Source: Octopus sinensis (Eukaryota). Taken from it: 64,000 nt of DNA. A model generated the notes under the pieces. That model saw only the letters and a program-made list of their open reading frames with translations. It searched no databases and had not been told where the DNA came from. This document shows positions 1-14,360 of this stretch, one piece after another; position 1 is the stretch's first letter; every line of letters begins with the position of its first letter. Both the position numbers and the translations under genes were made by a program. The stretch lies in contig NC_043005.1 of NCBI RefSeq assembly GCF_006345805.1, forward strand, positions 43,214,001-43,278,000. The letters are read 5' to 3'.

Positions 1-410
1 TAACACACATGCGCACACGCGCATGTGGCTCATTAAATAATATAGTGTAATTTATTTACAACAAAAAAAGGGATGGTCACAGCTTGAAACTTTTGATCAT
101 AGATTTGCTCAGTCAGCGCTATAGTCCTAGGGTTAAACAGCAACCACTGCAACTTGCTCTCAGTTCTTCCTTCCTCTACTCTTCAGTCTTTTTAATCTTC
201 TCTTCTCCTCCCTCTCTCTCTCGTGTGTCCTCTTCTCTCCCACTTAGGTTTCCCCGTTTCACTCTCTCTCTCTCTCTCTCTCTCTGTTCCTTTCTCTCAT
301 GTGTTCTCTTCTCTCCCACTTAGGTTTCCAGTTTCACTCGCTTTCTTTATCTCTCTCTCTCTCAGTCCCTTGGGCTCTCTTTGCCTTCGCTTATAAATCA
401 TTAGTATCAT

Positions 411-807
411 AGGCGTAGGAGTGGCTGTTGTGGTAAGTAGCTTACTTACGAACCACATGGTTCCGGGTTCAGTCCCACTGCATGGCACCTTCGGCAAGTG
501 TCTTCTACTAATAACCTAGGGCTGACCAAAGCCTTGTGAGTGGATTTGGTAGACGGAAACTGAAAGAAGCCCGTGTGTGTGTGTGTATGTGTATATGTTT
601 GTGTGTCTGTGCTTGTCCCCCCCCAACATCGCTTGACAACCGTGTGTTTACGTCACCGTCCGTCTCTTAGCGGTTCGGCAAAAGAGAGCGATAGAATAAG
701 TACTGGGCTTACAAAGAATAAGTCCCGGGGTCGATTTGTTCGACTAAAGGCGGTGCTCCAGCATGGCCGCAGTCAAATGACTGAAACAAGTAAAAGAGTA
801 AAAGAGA
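411..807 (+). mobile_element. Full-length tRNA-derived SINE, family A (octopus OK/OR-type; exact family name not assigned)
   Basis: tRNA-like head with box A/box B-like motifs (GTGGCTGTTGTGG ... GGGTTCAGTCCC), core 'ggcaagtgtcttctacta', internal (GT)n tract and tail 'cagtcaaatgactgaaacaagtaaaagag'. More than 10 related copies occur in this window. Confidence 0.9.
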
Positions 808-884
808 GATATCCTGTCCCCTCTCTCGCTGTCTCTCCCACATAAATCTCTAGTTCTTCTGCCTTTCTCTTTTTCTCTCCCCCT

Positions 885-917
<33 letters not shown>

Positions 918-1299
918 CTCAATACCTCTTACTTCTCTGCTTCTTCCTTAACTCATTACAGTTTTCCATTTCTAGTTCTTTTTCTGTCTGCTTCTCCCTT
1001 TCTCTCATTAAAATTTCCCTCTGTCCATCTTTATCTCTTTCTCTCTCTCTCTCATTTACTTTCTCTCTCTTTATCTGTCTGCCTGTCTCTCTTTCTATCA
1101 CTTCATTAACTATATTTATCTCCCCCTCTTTCTCTATCTCTGTCTTTCTCTCTACACTTCTCATCCCTCTTCCTTCCCCTCTCCTTAAATTATGTTCTTT
1201 CAAGTAACTGGCCTACTATTCTTTCTCTCCTCCTCATTCTTTACTTTCTCTCTTCTGTCTGTCTGTCTGTTTGTCTCTCTCTGTTCCTCTCTTACACGT

Positions 1300-1892
1300 T
1301 TCCCCACACATACACACACACGCATACATACTCACCCAAATACAAACAAAAACACACTCACACGACCATTCACACATGCACATCTGTACTCACGCAAATA
1401 CACATGCGCACATACATAAATACACGACGCGCACACTAATACAGTTAAAAAAAAAAGAATTCACACGCAAATATACATCCTATTGCAGTAAAAAACCCCA
1501 AAAATGCACAGAACGTGTAAGTCATGCACGTACGTACGAAATAATGTTCAACTGTTCACGGACACAGAAAACATATGCAATCATGCACAGACACACACAC
1601 GTGTGTGTGCACATGCAAACACATACACGCACATACAAACTTACCTTAAGTCATTCACGTGTACAGAAAACACATGCAATCAAGCACACTCACCTACACA
1701 CATACACAAACACACCCACTCACACATGCACTTTCATGCATACACATGTATACACACACGTGTGCGTGTATGTATGTGCACATGCATACATACACACACG
1801 TGTGCATGTATGTATGTATGTATGTGCATATACAGACACATACACACAAACTTGCATTAAGTCATTCACGTGTACAGAAAACATACAATCAG

Positions 1893-1925
<33 letters not shown>

Positions 1926-2150
1926 CACACATGCTCATACATGCACACACACATACACACACACACACATTCTCGCAACAGGGACACAAACGTCCAGCAG
2001 TTATTTCACATTGCATAGAAGAAGAAGAAGAAAAATTTAAAAAAACAACCACTTTACGCAGTCATACAAGCTCACAAACACACAGGTGGACATACATACA
2101 TACATACAGACACACACGCACTTACACACTCCCACAACTCTCTCACACAC
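1300..2150. repeat. Degenerate CA-rich satellite with a triplicated ~35-bp block
   Basis: (CA)n/(CATA)n-rich sequence. The block 'gtcattcacgtgtacagaaaaca..tgcaatca' recurs at ~1650 and ~1861, with a diverged copy at ~1553. Confidence 0.8.
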
Positions 2151-2481
2151 CGTCTGTGCCCCCCCCCACAATACCAATATCCCCCACCACCACCACCACC
2201 GACACCAGCATCTCCCCCTCCTCCCCTTCCCCCCCGACACCGACATCTTCCTCACGTTTTTTTTTTTTATTAGGCCATTCCTTTATTTTTTTTTTCTGTT
2301 GTCAGATAAGTAACATAAAAACTTTCATCTCATAATTGTCCAAACAGGTTTGGGAGAAGGGTTCAATAGTCGTATAAGCTGCAGCATAATAACTCCTTAC
2401 TGTTTAGTCATGCACAGTTGCACACGTTGTTTAGCAGCAGTCTTGTTTGTTGCTTCTCTCTTTTTTTTTTTTTTGTATACG

Positions 2482-2521
<40 letters not shown>

Positions 2522-2629
2522 GTTCGAGAACACACACAGTCAAACCTGTTAGATATTGCACCCCAGGTCTATAGAATAAAAAGAACAAATAAATAAAACT
2601 GTAAAATATACTCTGAACATTTTCTGTCC

Positions 2630-2822
2630 TATATATTATTACTATTATTATTATTATTATCATTATTATTATTATTATTATATTATTATTATCATTATTA
2701 TCATTATCATCATCATTATTATTATTATTATTGTTATTATCATTATTATTATTATTATTATTGTTAGTATTATCATCATCATTATTGTTGTTGTTGTTGT
2801 TGTTGTTGTTATTATTATTATT
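2630..2822. repeat. Compound (ATT)n/(ATC)n/(GTT)n microsatellite
   Basis: Directly visible trinucleotide runs. Confidence 0.95.
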
Positions 2823-3189
2823 GACTGAAAATTGGCCAAGGTTAAAATGACATATTTCTTACCAACTGAGCAGACTAGTGTTGATGTTTTATAGACTTAA
2901 ACATGCATACTCCCACTGACATTATCTGTATTGTGGATACTCCCACATAGTCAAGCAGGCACACATATACACGTGTGTGTATGCCTGTGTGCGTGTGGTG
3001 GACTGAGAGTGTGTGTGTGTGTATGTGTGTTCTGTAGTGGGGCCTGATTGTGGCTTCAGGTCTCAACTCTTAAAAGCTCTATTCATTCTTTCAAACTCGA
3101 GGCAGCAATAAAAGCCCTTACAGCACATAATATATTTTGCTTCACTATCAATATTAGTTCTTTTCAGCAGAAATTGTTGATATTTTTTG

Positions 3190-3221
<32 letters not shown>

Positions 3222-3274
3222 CATTTCAAACTGACCCCCGTCTGCACCCCGCAATACTTATTTTATTTTATTAA

Positions 3275-3548
3275 TTTTAAACCTGGTACTTATTCTATAT
3301 ACTCTCTTTAACCAAACTGCTAAGTTACGTGATGTAAACACACCGACACAGTGGGTGGGGAAACACAAACACATACACACACACACACACACACATACAT
3401 GAACACACACTGCTTTCAGTTTACAGCTAGCAAATCCACTCACAAGGCTATAGTAGAAGACACTTGCCGAGGTGCCAAGCAGTGGAACTGAACTTGGAAC
3501 CATGTAGTTGGGAAGCAAGCTACTTTACCGCACAGCCACACCTGTGCC
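3275..3548 (-). mobile_element. SINE family A copy
   Basis: Reverse-complement match to 411-807 (aaatccactcacaaggctatagtagaagacacttgcc...cacagccac). Confidence 0.85.
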
Positions 3549-3829
3549 CTTTTGTTATTTTTCATTTAATAACTTTAACATTAAAACTAAGTTGCCTATC
3601 TATCTATTTACCTAAAGTAGCTATACATACATATATACGCACAAATATATGGTTGTGTGTGTGTGTGTGTGCATACCTATGTGTATGTGTGTATATACAC
3701 ACATACACATAGGTATGTTCATATATATATATATAGGGAGAGAGAGAGAGAGAGAAATAGATAGATAGCTATATATACTTTCATAGATATATACATATAT
3801 ACTTTCATAGATATATACATATATACATC

Positions 3830-3992
3830 CAATACTGGAGTGTTTATGTTCCCATAACTTAGCAGTTCGGCAAAAAAGACAGAAACAATAAGTACTAGGT
3901 CTACAAAGAATAAGTCCTGGGGTCGATTTGTTCAACTAAAGGTGGTGCTCCAGTATGGCCACAGTCAAATGACTGAAACAAGTAAAAGAATA
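3830..3992 (+). mobile_element. SINE family A, 3' half
   Basis: Matches the tail of 411-807 (ttagcagttcggcaaaa...cagtcaaatgactgaaacaagtaaaaga). Confidence 0.85.
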
Positions 3993-4234
3993 CATGAATA
4001 TATATGTGTGTGTGTGAGTGTATATGTGTATAGGTATATTTGTGTATATATGTATGCGTGTATAGGTATGTGTGTGTGTAGGTATGTGTGTGTATACATG
4101 TGTGTATAGATATGTGTGTGTATATTCATATATGTGTGTGTGTCATGTATATTTTTTCTATACATATGTATATGTATATGTTTTTGTGCATATTTATATA
4201 TTTGATGATATGTCTATATTTATTTATTTATGTA

Positions 4235-4270
<36 letters not shown>

Positions 4271-5429
4271 ATGTATGTACCTATGTGTGTATGTATGTAT
4301 GTATACACTCACATATATATCAAGATGCTTATATGTGTTTATTTATGTCTGTATATGTGTATATGCATGAATTAATGTGTGAATACATTTAGTTCTATAG
4401 TCACATATGTGCATACACACACAGACACATATCTATATACATATGTCTCGGTTTGTGTGTAGATATATACAAGTCTATGTTTGTGTGTAGATATGTACAA
4501 GTCTATGTTTGTGTGTGTATACATATCAATTAGATATGTCTGCATATGCAAAAAGTGTGTATACATTTATTTAACCATTGTTGGAGGGCTTCCCTACTGA
4601 ATATTTCATTTATTCTTTTGATACATGTTTGTCTGTGACCTATTCTTCTCTACATTGGATGCAATTGTGATATATCGATCAGACAAAATAGAAACAGGAT
4701 GATTTCCAACTCCAATACAATCGTACATCGATTCTTAGCTTTCCTTTGATCCTTTATTGGATGTTTCAATTCAGACAAACAAGCCTGTGCCACAACATTT
4801 TTTTTTTTACACACCTATTTGCCGGTGCCAATCATTTTTCAATTTGATGTCCTTGTCTCTAATAACACACTTCGCTTCTTTCTGGAACTTCAAAACCTGT
4901 AAAAATCGTTTTTCTTTTTTTTTTTCCTTCTCTCACTCTCTCTCCTTTTTTTTTTTTTTTTTTCCTTTCTATTTTTAATTTCAAATATCAATTCTATTAA
5001 CCTTTTATGGCTTTATGATTTGAATGTTCGAAATGAGGACAAAGCTTTTTCTCTTCTGTATATTTTTCCCCTTTTATTCTATTGTTCTTTTTAAAGCTTC
5101 AGCTGACTGCATTTTGCAGTGCTTATATTTCTTTCTCTGTTGTGTTCTGACATTCCAAACCTGGCTAAGAGACATTCTGGAATTTAGGTCAATTTTCATA
5201 GCCAACAATGTGATTCAAGTCTGTTGGTTAAGTTGAGAAGGAGAGGGGGAAGTTTCGTTGACACCTTTTGATGCTATTTATTTACGTGTTTCGAGAGTGC
5301 AGATGGCCAAGTGGAGAATGCGCGATCAGGCGACAGAGTAGTGGCTCATATTCCTTCATCTGCAAAAACTTTTGCCACAAAGACACTTAACTCGTTAGTA
5401 TTTATGTCTACCTCGTTACTGGCAATATA

Positions 5430-5880
5430 TATATTGGTTTCAAATTTTAGCATAAAGCCAGCAATTTCAGCAGACTGGGTAAGTCAATTATATTGACCCC
5501 AGTTTTTTCAATAGCTACTTTTTTTTATTGACCTCAAAAAGATGAAAGGCTAAGTCGACCTCAATGGAATTCAAAACATAAAGACAAGCAATATGCAGCT
5601 AAGCATTCTGCTCTTTGTGTTAATGATTCTGCCTGCTCACTGCCTCAACACTGTTTATGATATTGGTTTCAAATTTTGGCACAAGGCCAGCAATTTCAAG
5701 GGAGAGGGTAGGTCAATTACATCGACACCAGTTCTCTTCTCAACTGGTATTTATTCTTATCAACTCCAAAAGAATGAAAGGCAAATCTGACCTTGGCAGA
5801 ATTTGAATTCGGAACTTAAACATGGACAAAATGCTGCTAAGAATTTTCCTCAGTGTGCTAACAATTCTCCCAGTTATAAC
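5430..5880 (-). mobile_element. Two tandem older copies of SINE family B (tail type 'aaattgctggccttgtgccaaa')
   Basis: Two successive diverged matches to the reverse complement of the family B head (gaaaggcaaagtcgacc...gaatttgaactc...ctaagcatt). Confidence 0.75.
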
Positions 5881-8129
5881 CTTTTCTGAAAATATGTAAT
5901 TGAAATTTGTTTGTTAGTCTATAGGAAAGAATCCAGCACTGTCATTGAATCCCTTACCAGTTTTGGTGCAATTTACCACTGCATTCAAACTCTAGTTCTG
6001 ATTATCGAATGTCTGAGACGATGGTTTTACCTCATCACTGGATATTCACTTTCATAATTAGCTGGACATGAGGGATTCACTCCATTCCAGATTTTAAATG
6101 TTATTGTAACAAGACACTTTTCCTTCACACAATTTACATTTTTCTATTGCTTATATTCATCCATAATTTTACACACAATTCCTGTGTTATGGAAAAGTTG
6201 TGTTCTAGAAAATCTGGCCATAATACAGAATTCCATAATGTGAAACCTCTTTTTTTCCCCATAGATTCTCCTGTTAAATGGAAATCAATGGCCATAAAAA
6301 TCAATGGGAAATATGTTCTGTGTTATGGAATCTTGTGTTACAGCAGGATTTTTAACAATACATTTTCCTGATTTAGTTGGATGCCAATTCTTCTTGGGGG
6401 CATTTCCTAAGTTCCTTGATATTTAATTTTCTTAGGGATTGCCATTGGAATATTTGTTCTAATACTTTACCATTATAATGAATTTCATTAAAGATTCATT
6501 TAGTGGTAGTCACATCTCGTGTTTAAATTCTGATGGAAAGTAATTAACAAATCTGTGTCAATTCCAGTGTTTGAGAATATCTGACATAGTTTTCAGTTTC
6601 AAGATTTCAGAGACAATAACTAATGCTAAAAAAAAAAAAAAGAAAATGCTCCAGAAAAATACAAATAAAGGGAACAAACAAACAAACGAAACGAAGGAAA
6701 AAAAAAAAAAAGAAGCCATTTCTATATTTAGAAATTGCTATGAAATGGTTGCATACACTTGTAAAAAGATTAATCCTTGTAAATAATTTGGTCTCGGATC
6801 AGCTGAATTGTCTCAAGGCAAGTCTGTTAGTGACTACAATGAATTACTTTCTGCCACTGAAGTCTGATTATTATTTGCCGAGAGCTGTTGCAGTAGATTT
6901 TCACATGTGTTATTGTTCCATTATCAACTAATCAATACTTTACAGTGTCTAGTCTTTCTATGCTGTCTCTTTCATTCACATTGAACGTTGTCTAACTGCA
7001 CGTAGAAATTAGGGTTGTGAAGATTAATATATATATGTTGAATATTTCAAGAATTTTTAAAGGAGCTTAGTGTTAATAAGTATGGATCAAATCTTATTTT
7101 ACATCAAGTCTCCTTTCTTAATGCTTTTATATTTCCACTAAAAGACTAGAAAGAAAGATTGCAACTCACTATAATGTTCATTCTATCTAGATTTCTTCTT
7201 TGAGTTTAAATTTTCTCATATCAAATCTAAGTAAACACTCTCAGCTTTTGCCTTCATGATTTTTCACAAGTTTTTTTTTTTCTATTTTGCCCTTATTCAA
7301 GTTCATGAAATACTATAAAGGAGTGACCTTTTTTGTTCATACATGTAAATGACTTTCTGCTGAAATGAGATTTTGGAAGGTTTTTAAATTTGAAGATTTG
7401 CTTGAGTTATTGAAGAAAATATTTAGCATTTCTGTCTACACTTAGCATATAGCAATGACATCACTTTCAAATAATGCATTTTGCTCACTAATTATGTATC
7501 TTCATAACTACATGTTGATGTCCGTGATCTCCAAAGACACTGCAATGTCAAGCAGGTAGTTTTAATCAGGACTCTAATTTCTAAGATTAGCTTCAAGAAA
7601 AACCAACTTCTTCAGTCACTTTTCTATCTTAATTACATGTTTGCTTTGAGTTAGGTTTGATTAAGAAGACCAATAATCAAACATACAAGACCTTGCAGAA
7701 TTGGTCATCCCTGCTTTTCTGAGACGGAAGCACATAATTTGAGGAAGATGCGATTGCTATTTTTCACACATCAAGTAACTGTGTAAAGTTTCCCTCTTTG
7801 GCATGATGAGTTCCTGTGATCATATCTTTCCACAATTTCCTTAATTTGGCACCAACTTGCTAAACCTTACAGATTCTTCAATTTGTGAGGTTTTCAATTA
7901 GTGACCAAATCATTTAAGATTAGGGTACTTTCAATGTATTATTGAATATCACACACAGCAATAACTTTCCAGTGACATTGACTTCTTGGTATGTTAGGTC
8001 AGTGTTCTTACAGTATTCTATTGCTCTCCCCTTTGCTGCTGAAATCATTGGGAAAAGCTTGCACTCTGTCACTATGAAATCCTCCCCTCCTTTCTTTTTC
8101 TCTCACTCTTCTCAGTCATCAGGGAAATT

Positions 8130-8620
8130 CATGATCAATCATCATCAACATTTAACATTCATTTTCCATGCTGTCATTGGTTGGACAGCTTGACCAAAAC
8201 TGGCAAAGCCAGGGCTGCACCAGGTTCCATGCTCTGTTTTGGCTTGGTTTCTATAGCTGGATGCCCTTCCTAATGCCAACAACTTTACAGTGTGCTCTTG
8301 GTACTTTTTTATGTGGCACCAACACCACTACTTTTTATGTAGCACCAGTGCTTTTTTTATGTGGCACCAGCATCAGTACTTTTTTTTTTTCCATGGCACC
8401 AGCACCACTGGTTTTTTTTATGTGGCACCAGCACCCACACCATTGTTTTTCAGACCATTTGTCTGTAGTAAATTAGAAATCATCATCATCGTTTAACATG
8501 TTTTCCATGCTGGCATGGGTTGGACAGTTTGAAAGAATCTGGCAGTGTCAGTTGGATGCCCTTCCTTATGCCAACTACTTTACTGTGTGTACTGGGTGCT
8601 AATTTTTTGGGGGCCATGGG
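8130..8620 (-). mobile_element. Two copies of repeat family C (short retroposon ending in (ATG)n)
   Basis: 'catcatc..tttaac..ttttccatgct..catgggttggacag ... gctggatgcccttcctaatgccaac' occurs twice; compare the young copy at 58061-58220. Confidence 0.75.
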
Positions 8621-9104
8621 CACTAATGAAGTTGTTGCCAAGCAACTTGCTAGGGAAAGAACAGGAAAAATCCCCTCTCAACTAATTCAGATGGTCTATT
8701 TCTAATACAGACACAAAGCCAGAAATTTTGGAGGGAGGTATTAATTAATTAGCATGACTCCTGTACTTAACTGTTATTTAATTTTATTGACCCCCTAGAA
8801 AGGTGAAAAACAAAGTCCACTTTCAAGGGATTTGAGCCAATTCCAGTTATTCTCCACTTCCAATACATGTCAAAAATAGCAATCATAATTTTAATTATAA
8901 TTATAATTTGAATTATAATTTGAATTTTGAACCAGACCAGACCAGGTCAGGTCAGGTCAGGCTGGAGATTTTAGAGGAAAGGTATTGTTGACTGTTTTGA
9001 TTCTTTCTTGACTCTGGAGAGAAGAGAGTTTGATAGAAACTGGTAACTCAGAAGAATACAATATAACATGTATGCTTGATATTCTATCATTTCTACTATT
9101 AACT

Positions 9105-9545
9105 ACAGCCTGGTTTCAAACTTTGACACAAGGCCAGCATTTTGGGGGAGAGAGCTAGTTGGTTGATTTCATCGACCCTGGCAGCTCAACTGGTATTTAT
9201 TTTATCGACCCCAAAAGGATGAAAGGAGAAGTCGACCTCGGCAGGATTTGAACTCGGAACATAATATGAAATGCCACTAAGCATTTTGCCTATCAAGTGT
9301 GCTAATGAATCTCTCAGCTTTCCACATTTAGAAGTAATGATTGCTTCAAATTTTCGGCACAAGGCCAGCAATTTCGAGGTGGTGCTAAGTTGATTACATT
9401 GACTTGTACTTCCTTTATCGACTTCAAAAGGATGAAAGGTAAAGTCAACCTCAGTAGAATTTGAACTCAGAACATAAAGAGATGGACAAAATTCCACCAA
9501 GCATTTTGCCTGGTGTGCTAATGATTCTGTCAGCTTACCATCTTA
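9105..9545 (-). mobile_element. Two tandem older SINE family B copies
   Basis: Two matches to 'caaggccagca...tttatcgaccccaaaaggatgaaagg..aagtcgacctcggcaggatttgaactc'. Confidence 0.8.
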
Positions 9546-10099
9546 ACCCACCACTCATACTGACAGTTGTATAAGTATGCACATAAGATTCCTTTTTTTT
9601 TTTTTTTGTTTATTTAATTCAGTTCTGTTATGTATGTGCTAACTTAAGTTCATTACTCTCACCTTCAACATTTTATCTATTTTCATCTTCCCTGCCCTGA
9701 CCATTTATTTTCTCCTATATTTCTTGCTTTTTTTTTATATATATATTTATGTCTTTATGACAGCTGATTTGTCCTATGTGATAGTGGTTCCTTTTATAGG
9801 ACATGCTCCACGAAATGTATTGTTGTTGTTGTTGTTGTTCTTAGTCTGCTTAAGACTGTAAAGCATTAAGAGGACTTTTGTTCTGCTTTCATATTTCATT
9901 CACTTTGAAATGTACTATATATTCCTTCCCAGATTCACTTTTACTCTACAGCATTCATATTCCTTGTTTTACACTTTTTTTTTTTACTTATATTTACCAA
10001 ACAGCACTGTCTGTGCATCACTGCGCATGCACGTGTGCCCACACACACACACACACACACTTACACACTGACACTTAAACACACTTTACTCTTGTGACA

Positions 10100-10860
10100 T
10101 CTTTGTTTGTTCTGCTTTGATGTTCTAAATACTTGACAGCCTTCTTCCTCTTTCCTTAACCCATTAAGGAATCTCATTTGCTCTATTTCCTTTCTCACTG
10201 CACCTTTTACCTTCCCTCTTTAGTCTCTTCCTTCTCCTTTCCATTTTCTTCATGTCCTACTTACTTTTCAGTTTACCTTGGCATTTCGCTACGCCGTTCA
10301 TTGTAATTGTGGCAAGATGATTTCCCTTAACAACAGGAATATTATAACATATAATTTTTGATAATTCCTCGTTCACTGTAGACTAGATGTCCTTTTAAAC
10401 ATCTCCTCTTTACTCTGGTTTAAGTTTGGTTTCCTCCCTCCCTTCTATTATCCTTCTCCTATCACAGACCACCCAGACATCAATTCTTTGGTTTGGTTGT
10501 ATTTGATTTTGCTCTGCTTAATATTTTCTATATCGTTGGTGTAGCCCTGACTCTTTCACCTGAGATATTGTTCAATAATTGATATAATGTTTGTCTTGCA
10601 TACAAAACTGGTCATTTGCTTCATTAAATTAACATACATATATTTTCTTCACCACCCCCAAGCAACATTATCCATTTTCTAATTCCATTGTATTTCATCA
10701 GTTCTGTATGAATTCAACTTTGAAAAATGCCATCTAACGACTCATAAATATTTACATTTCTACATGTGATTTCCCATGCTGTGGGCTTTTTGCAGGGCAC
10801 CTACTTGTATAAATCTTGGGGAATAGATCAGTTATGGATGAATAGCCATCATATTTCAAA
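10100..10860 (-). mobile_element. Possible highly degenerate non-LTR retrotransposon 3' region
   Basis: Purine-rich minus strand with broken frames containing 'ATPT..ILSRAK..KP..CL' and 'NGVAK', loosely like a C-terminal zinc-knuckle region. Many stops; recognition is weak. Confidence 0.25.
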
Positions 10861-11850
10861 CCAGTTGTAAACTAGGAGTGAAGCTTGTTTTTTTTTTTTT
10901 TTGTTTTTCTCAATAGCAAGAGCAGATTGTGGCAAAGGGAGCCGTATTCTAATGTATAACAGGAGCATTTATGTGGTTGCCTAGTTTGCAAGAAATATAT
11001 ACCAAATTTTCTTCAGATTATATTTTGCTGCCTTAAAAAAAAAAACTGGTTAAAATGCACTGGACTATGTTGTCTTTAAAGATGGAATAGTCATGGCTGG
11101 AATGACTTTTATCATAGTTCCACCTGTCTAGAGTTGACCTGGAATTAATTGACAACAAAAATTATGATAGTAGAAATTGTAACTACTCTTCAACAGCAAA
11201 TCTGTCAGTTTTTCCTCTCTGTTATAGCCATTGCTCTGTGCTTGTGTTTCTGTTGCAGCAAATGCTGGCAAGAATTTTTGTTTGTTTGTTCCAAAAAATG
11301 CTACATTCAGCAGATATTAAAGATTGATTTCACATTTCTGATGAGTTAGGTTCATGTGACTGCTAAGAAATAAGGCTAATAGTTTCAATTAACTAATAGC
11401 TAATGCCTTTGTGCACAAGGTTAAATATGCATTTTGTATGTATACGTAAACACACACAGATAAATAGAAACATCTCTGTGTACATGTGTGTGTGTGTGTG
11501 TGTGTGGCTTGTGTGTAAAACACACACACACGTGCACACTCATACACACAAACACACATGCAACAGGCTTCTTTCAGTTTCCATCAACCAAATCCACTCA
11601 CAAGGTTTTGGTTGGCGCAGGTCTGTAGTAGAAGACACTCCCCAAGGGTGCAATGCAGTAGGATTGTGCATAAAGTGATGTAGTTAGGAATTGAGTTTCT
11701 TAACCAAACAGCCACACCTGAATCTATATTTGATTGCATATAAATAGGACATACGTATATAGCATGTGTTCAAAGATATACCTGTGTGTGTGTGTGAATA
11801 TATATACGTGAGTGTGTATGCATATATATGTGTGAGTGTGTGTGTGTGTA

Positions 11851-11886
<36 letters not shown>

Positions 11887-11889
<3 letters not shown>

Positions 11890-12190
11890 CTGGGTCTCTG
11901 TAGGTTATGATGACAAATATTCCAGTTGATTCAATCAGAGGAACAGCCTGCTCATGAAATTAATGTTCAAGTGGCTGAGCACTCCACAGACATGTGTACC
12001 CTTAATGTAGTCCTCAGGGTGATTCAACATGACACCAAATGCGACAAGGCTGGCCTTTCAAATTACAGGTACAACTGATTTTTGCCAGCTGAGTGAACTG
12101 GAGCAATGTGAAATGAAGTGTCATAACACACCACCAGGAATTGAAATCGTGACCATACAATCGCGAGCTGAATGCCCTCACCACTTTGCC
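11887..12190 (-). mobile_element. SINE family D copy (a partial copy follows at ~12375-12570)
   Basis: Reverse-complement match to 39721-40043. Confidence 0.8.
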
Positions 12191-13452
12191 ATGTGATTTT
12201 AATCGATCTTAATTTTAACGTCTACTTTTCCATACTTGCATTAGTCAGAGAGAATTTGTTGTGGTACGTTCTCTGTAGAAAGATGCCCTTCCTGTTGTTA
12301 AACCTCATCTGCTCGCAAACAGCGTAATAGTTCCCTATGCTCAGACATGTTTGCATAAGAGTAGTTTTCGGGAAGATTCAGCATGACACAGAATATGACA
12401 AAACCAGCCCTTTGAAATACAGGTATAATTCATTTATGCTAGCTGAGTGTACTGGAGCAACATGAAATAAAGTGTCTTGCTCAAGGACACAACACATCGC
12501 TGGGAATTGAACTCATGACCTTATAATCATAAGCCAAATACCCATAACCAATAAGCTATGTGTCTTCACCAAACACACACTTGCATAAATGCACACACAC
12601 ACACACACACATACACACTTGCATGTGTATTTGTGTGTCATAGAGCTTTCAGTAAGTTTTCAAGAGTGGTGATAGAGCAAATGATAACAACAGTGTAGTT
12701 AATGAAATCCATATTGACATTTTACATAGACACATAGACACATAACATGTGAGGCAAATCAGACTACATTGAGACATTCATGTTGCCCTTCTCTGGGTCA
12801 TAAGGGAACCGTGTGAAACCTAATGCCTGAAACCCGGGAATTAAAAAACCTGATTGGGGTGCTGTGAGGGGAAAGCTTTTCCTTTACTCTAGTGTGGCTG
12901 CCACAGTAGAATAAATATTAATTTATAAATTTAGATTGTGTTGTTAGAAGAATAAAAGAAACAAAACATATAATTTCAGTTATATTCCCCATATAATGGA
13001 CACAGTAGCCTACATAATTGTGAACCTCAGTCACGCCACCATATCATGTCTTTCATTCTTTCATATCTTGTCTTTCTATCTGTCCCTACATACATACATA
13101 ACGTGTGTGTGTGTGTGTGTGTGTATACATATATAGGTATGCACTCGCACGTAAATATTTGTGTGTGTGTGTATGTATATAATAATTATGTATATGAATA
13201 TACACACACACATTAAACAAACGTGTGTGTGCATGTTTATGTATGTATATATGCATATATGTATATATTGGCTATGTGGTTAAGAAGGTTGCTTCTGAAC
13301 CACATGGTCTCTGGTTCGGTCCTACTGTGTGGCACCTTACGCATGTATCTTCTGTTGTAGCCCCAGACAGACCAGAGCCTAGTGAGTAGAGTTTGTGGAT
13401 GGAAACTCTGGTAAATCCCATCATGTTTATATATGTCTATATGTGTCTGTGT

Positions 13453-13690
13453 GGAGGTGCGTGGCTAAGTGGTTAGGGTGTCAGCACCATGATCGTAAGA
13501 TTGTGGTTTCGATTCCTGGACCGGGTGACGCGTTGTATTCTTGGGCAAAACATTTCATTTCATGTGGCAAAAATGAGTAACGCTGCGATGGACTGGTGTC
13601 CTGTCCAGCTGGGGAACAAATACACCATAGAAACTGGGAAACCGGGCCCATGAGCCTGGCTAGGCTTTAAAAGGGTGCATTTATTTTTTT
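13453..13690 (+). mobile_element. SINE family E (same head and core as family D; V-domain-like body)
   Basis: Head GTGGCTAAGTGG...GTTTCGATTCC, core 'gacgcgttgtattcttgggcaaaaca', body 'ctgcgatggactggtgtcctgtccag'. A second copy lies at ~40559-40800. Confidence 0.8.
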
Positions 13691-14360
13691 TATTTTATAT
13701 GTGTCTGTGCCTTCATATTGCTTGATAATCGTAAATGAGTGTCACTGTCATACAAGCAGTGTCACACATTTTTAACATTATGCAAAAAAGACATGTTTGG
13801 ACAATTGGAAATATCAGCTTGCTAGGAAATAGGTGTAAGTGGGCATCAGAAAGCTCATCCTGTTGTAGGAAATTGACCTCACTGTACACTGTCCAAATCA
13901 TGCAAGCATGAGGAAGTGGTTGTTAAAAAGTAGAAAGCATGCCAAGGCACTCAGTAGAGCTTGGTGTAGTCCTGTGGCCTGCCAGCTTCTGCCAAACAGT
14001 CCAACCCATACCAGCAAGGAAGGCAGATATTAAATGATGATGATGATATATATGTATGTTTACATGTATGCATATATATATCTATAATGTATATATTACA
14101 AAGGGGTCTAATGCTCTTAGTTTAGACTTTTTGGGGGACAACTAGATCAAACCATCTCAAGTGTAACTGTCCAAAATGGTCGTGACTTCTGGCACTTGAT
14201 TGATGAAAGAAAGCCAAGAATGACCCGTCTTTTTTGCCTGTCCTAATTGCTGTTTCTCTTGTCTGCCTTTGTATCATCTATCTGTCTGAGTGTTTTAATG
14301 CCCTCTATTATGTTTTTGTTCCATTTATATATATGTGTGTGTGTGTGTATGTATATATAG

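Noticed and set aside
1271-2335. Longest ORF in the track (354 aa, His/Thr-rich)
   Set aside because: It is a read-through of (CA)n-rich satellite and poly-C/T runs, with no domain or splice context. The same applies to the many YI/CV/HT-repeat ORFs elsewhere.
7320-7880. Possible decayed hAT transposase on the minus strand (GNFTQLL, VVMKIHN..AK, FMNKKG-like words)
   Set aside because: The words lie in different frames with many stops. The resemblance is too weak to support without a profile search.
11338-11370. CTGATGAG...CTAA GAAA hammerhead-like spacing
   Set aside because: There is no C11.1 partner for G10.1, no convincing stem III or NUH triplet, and no stem I.
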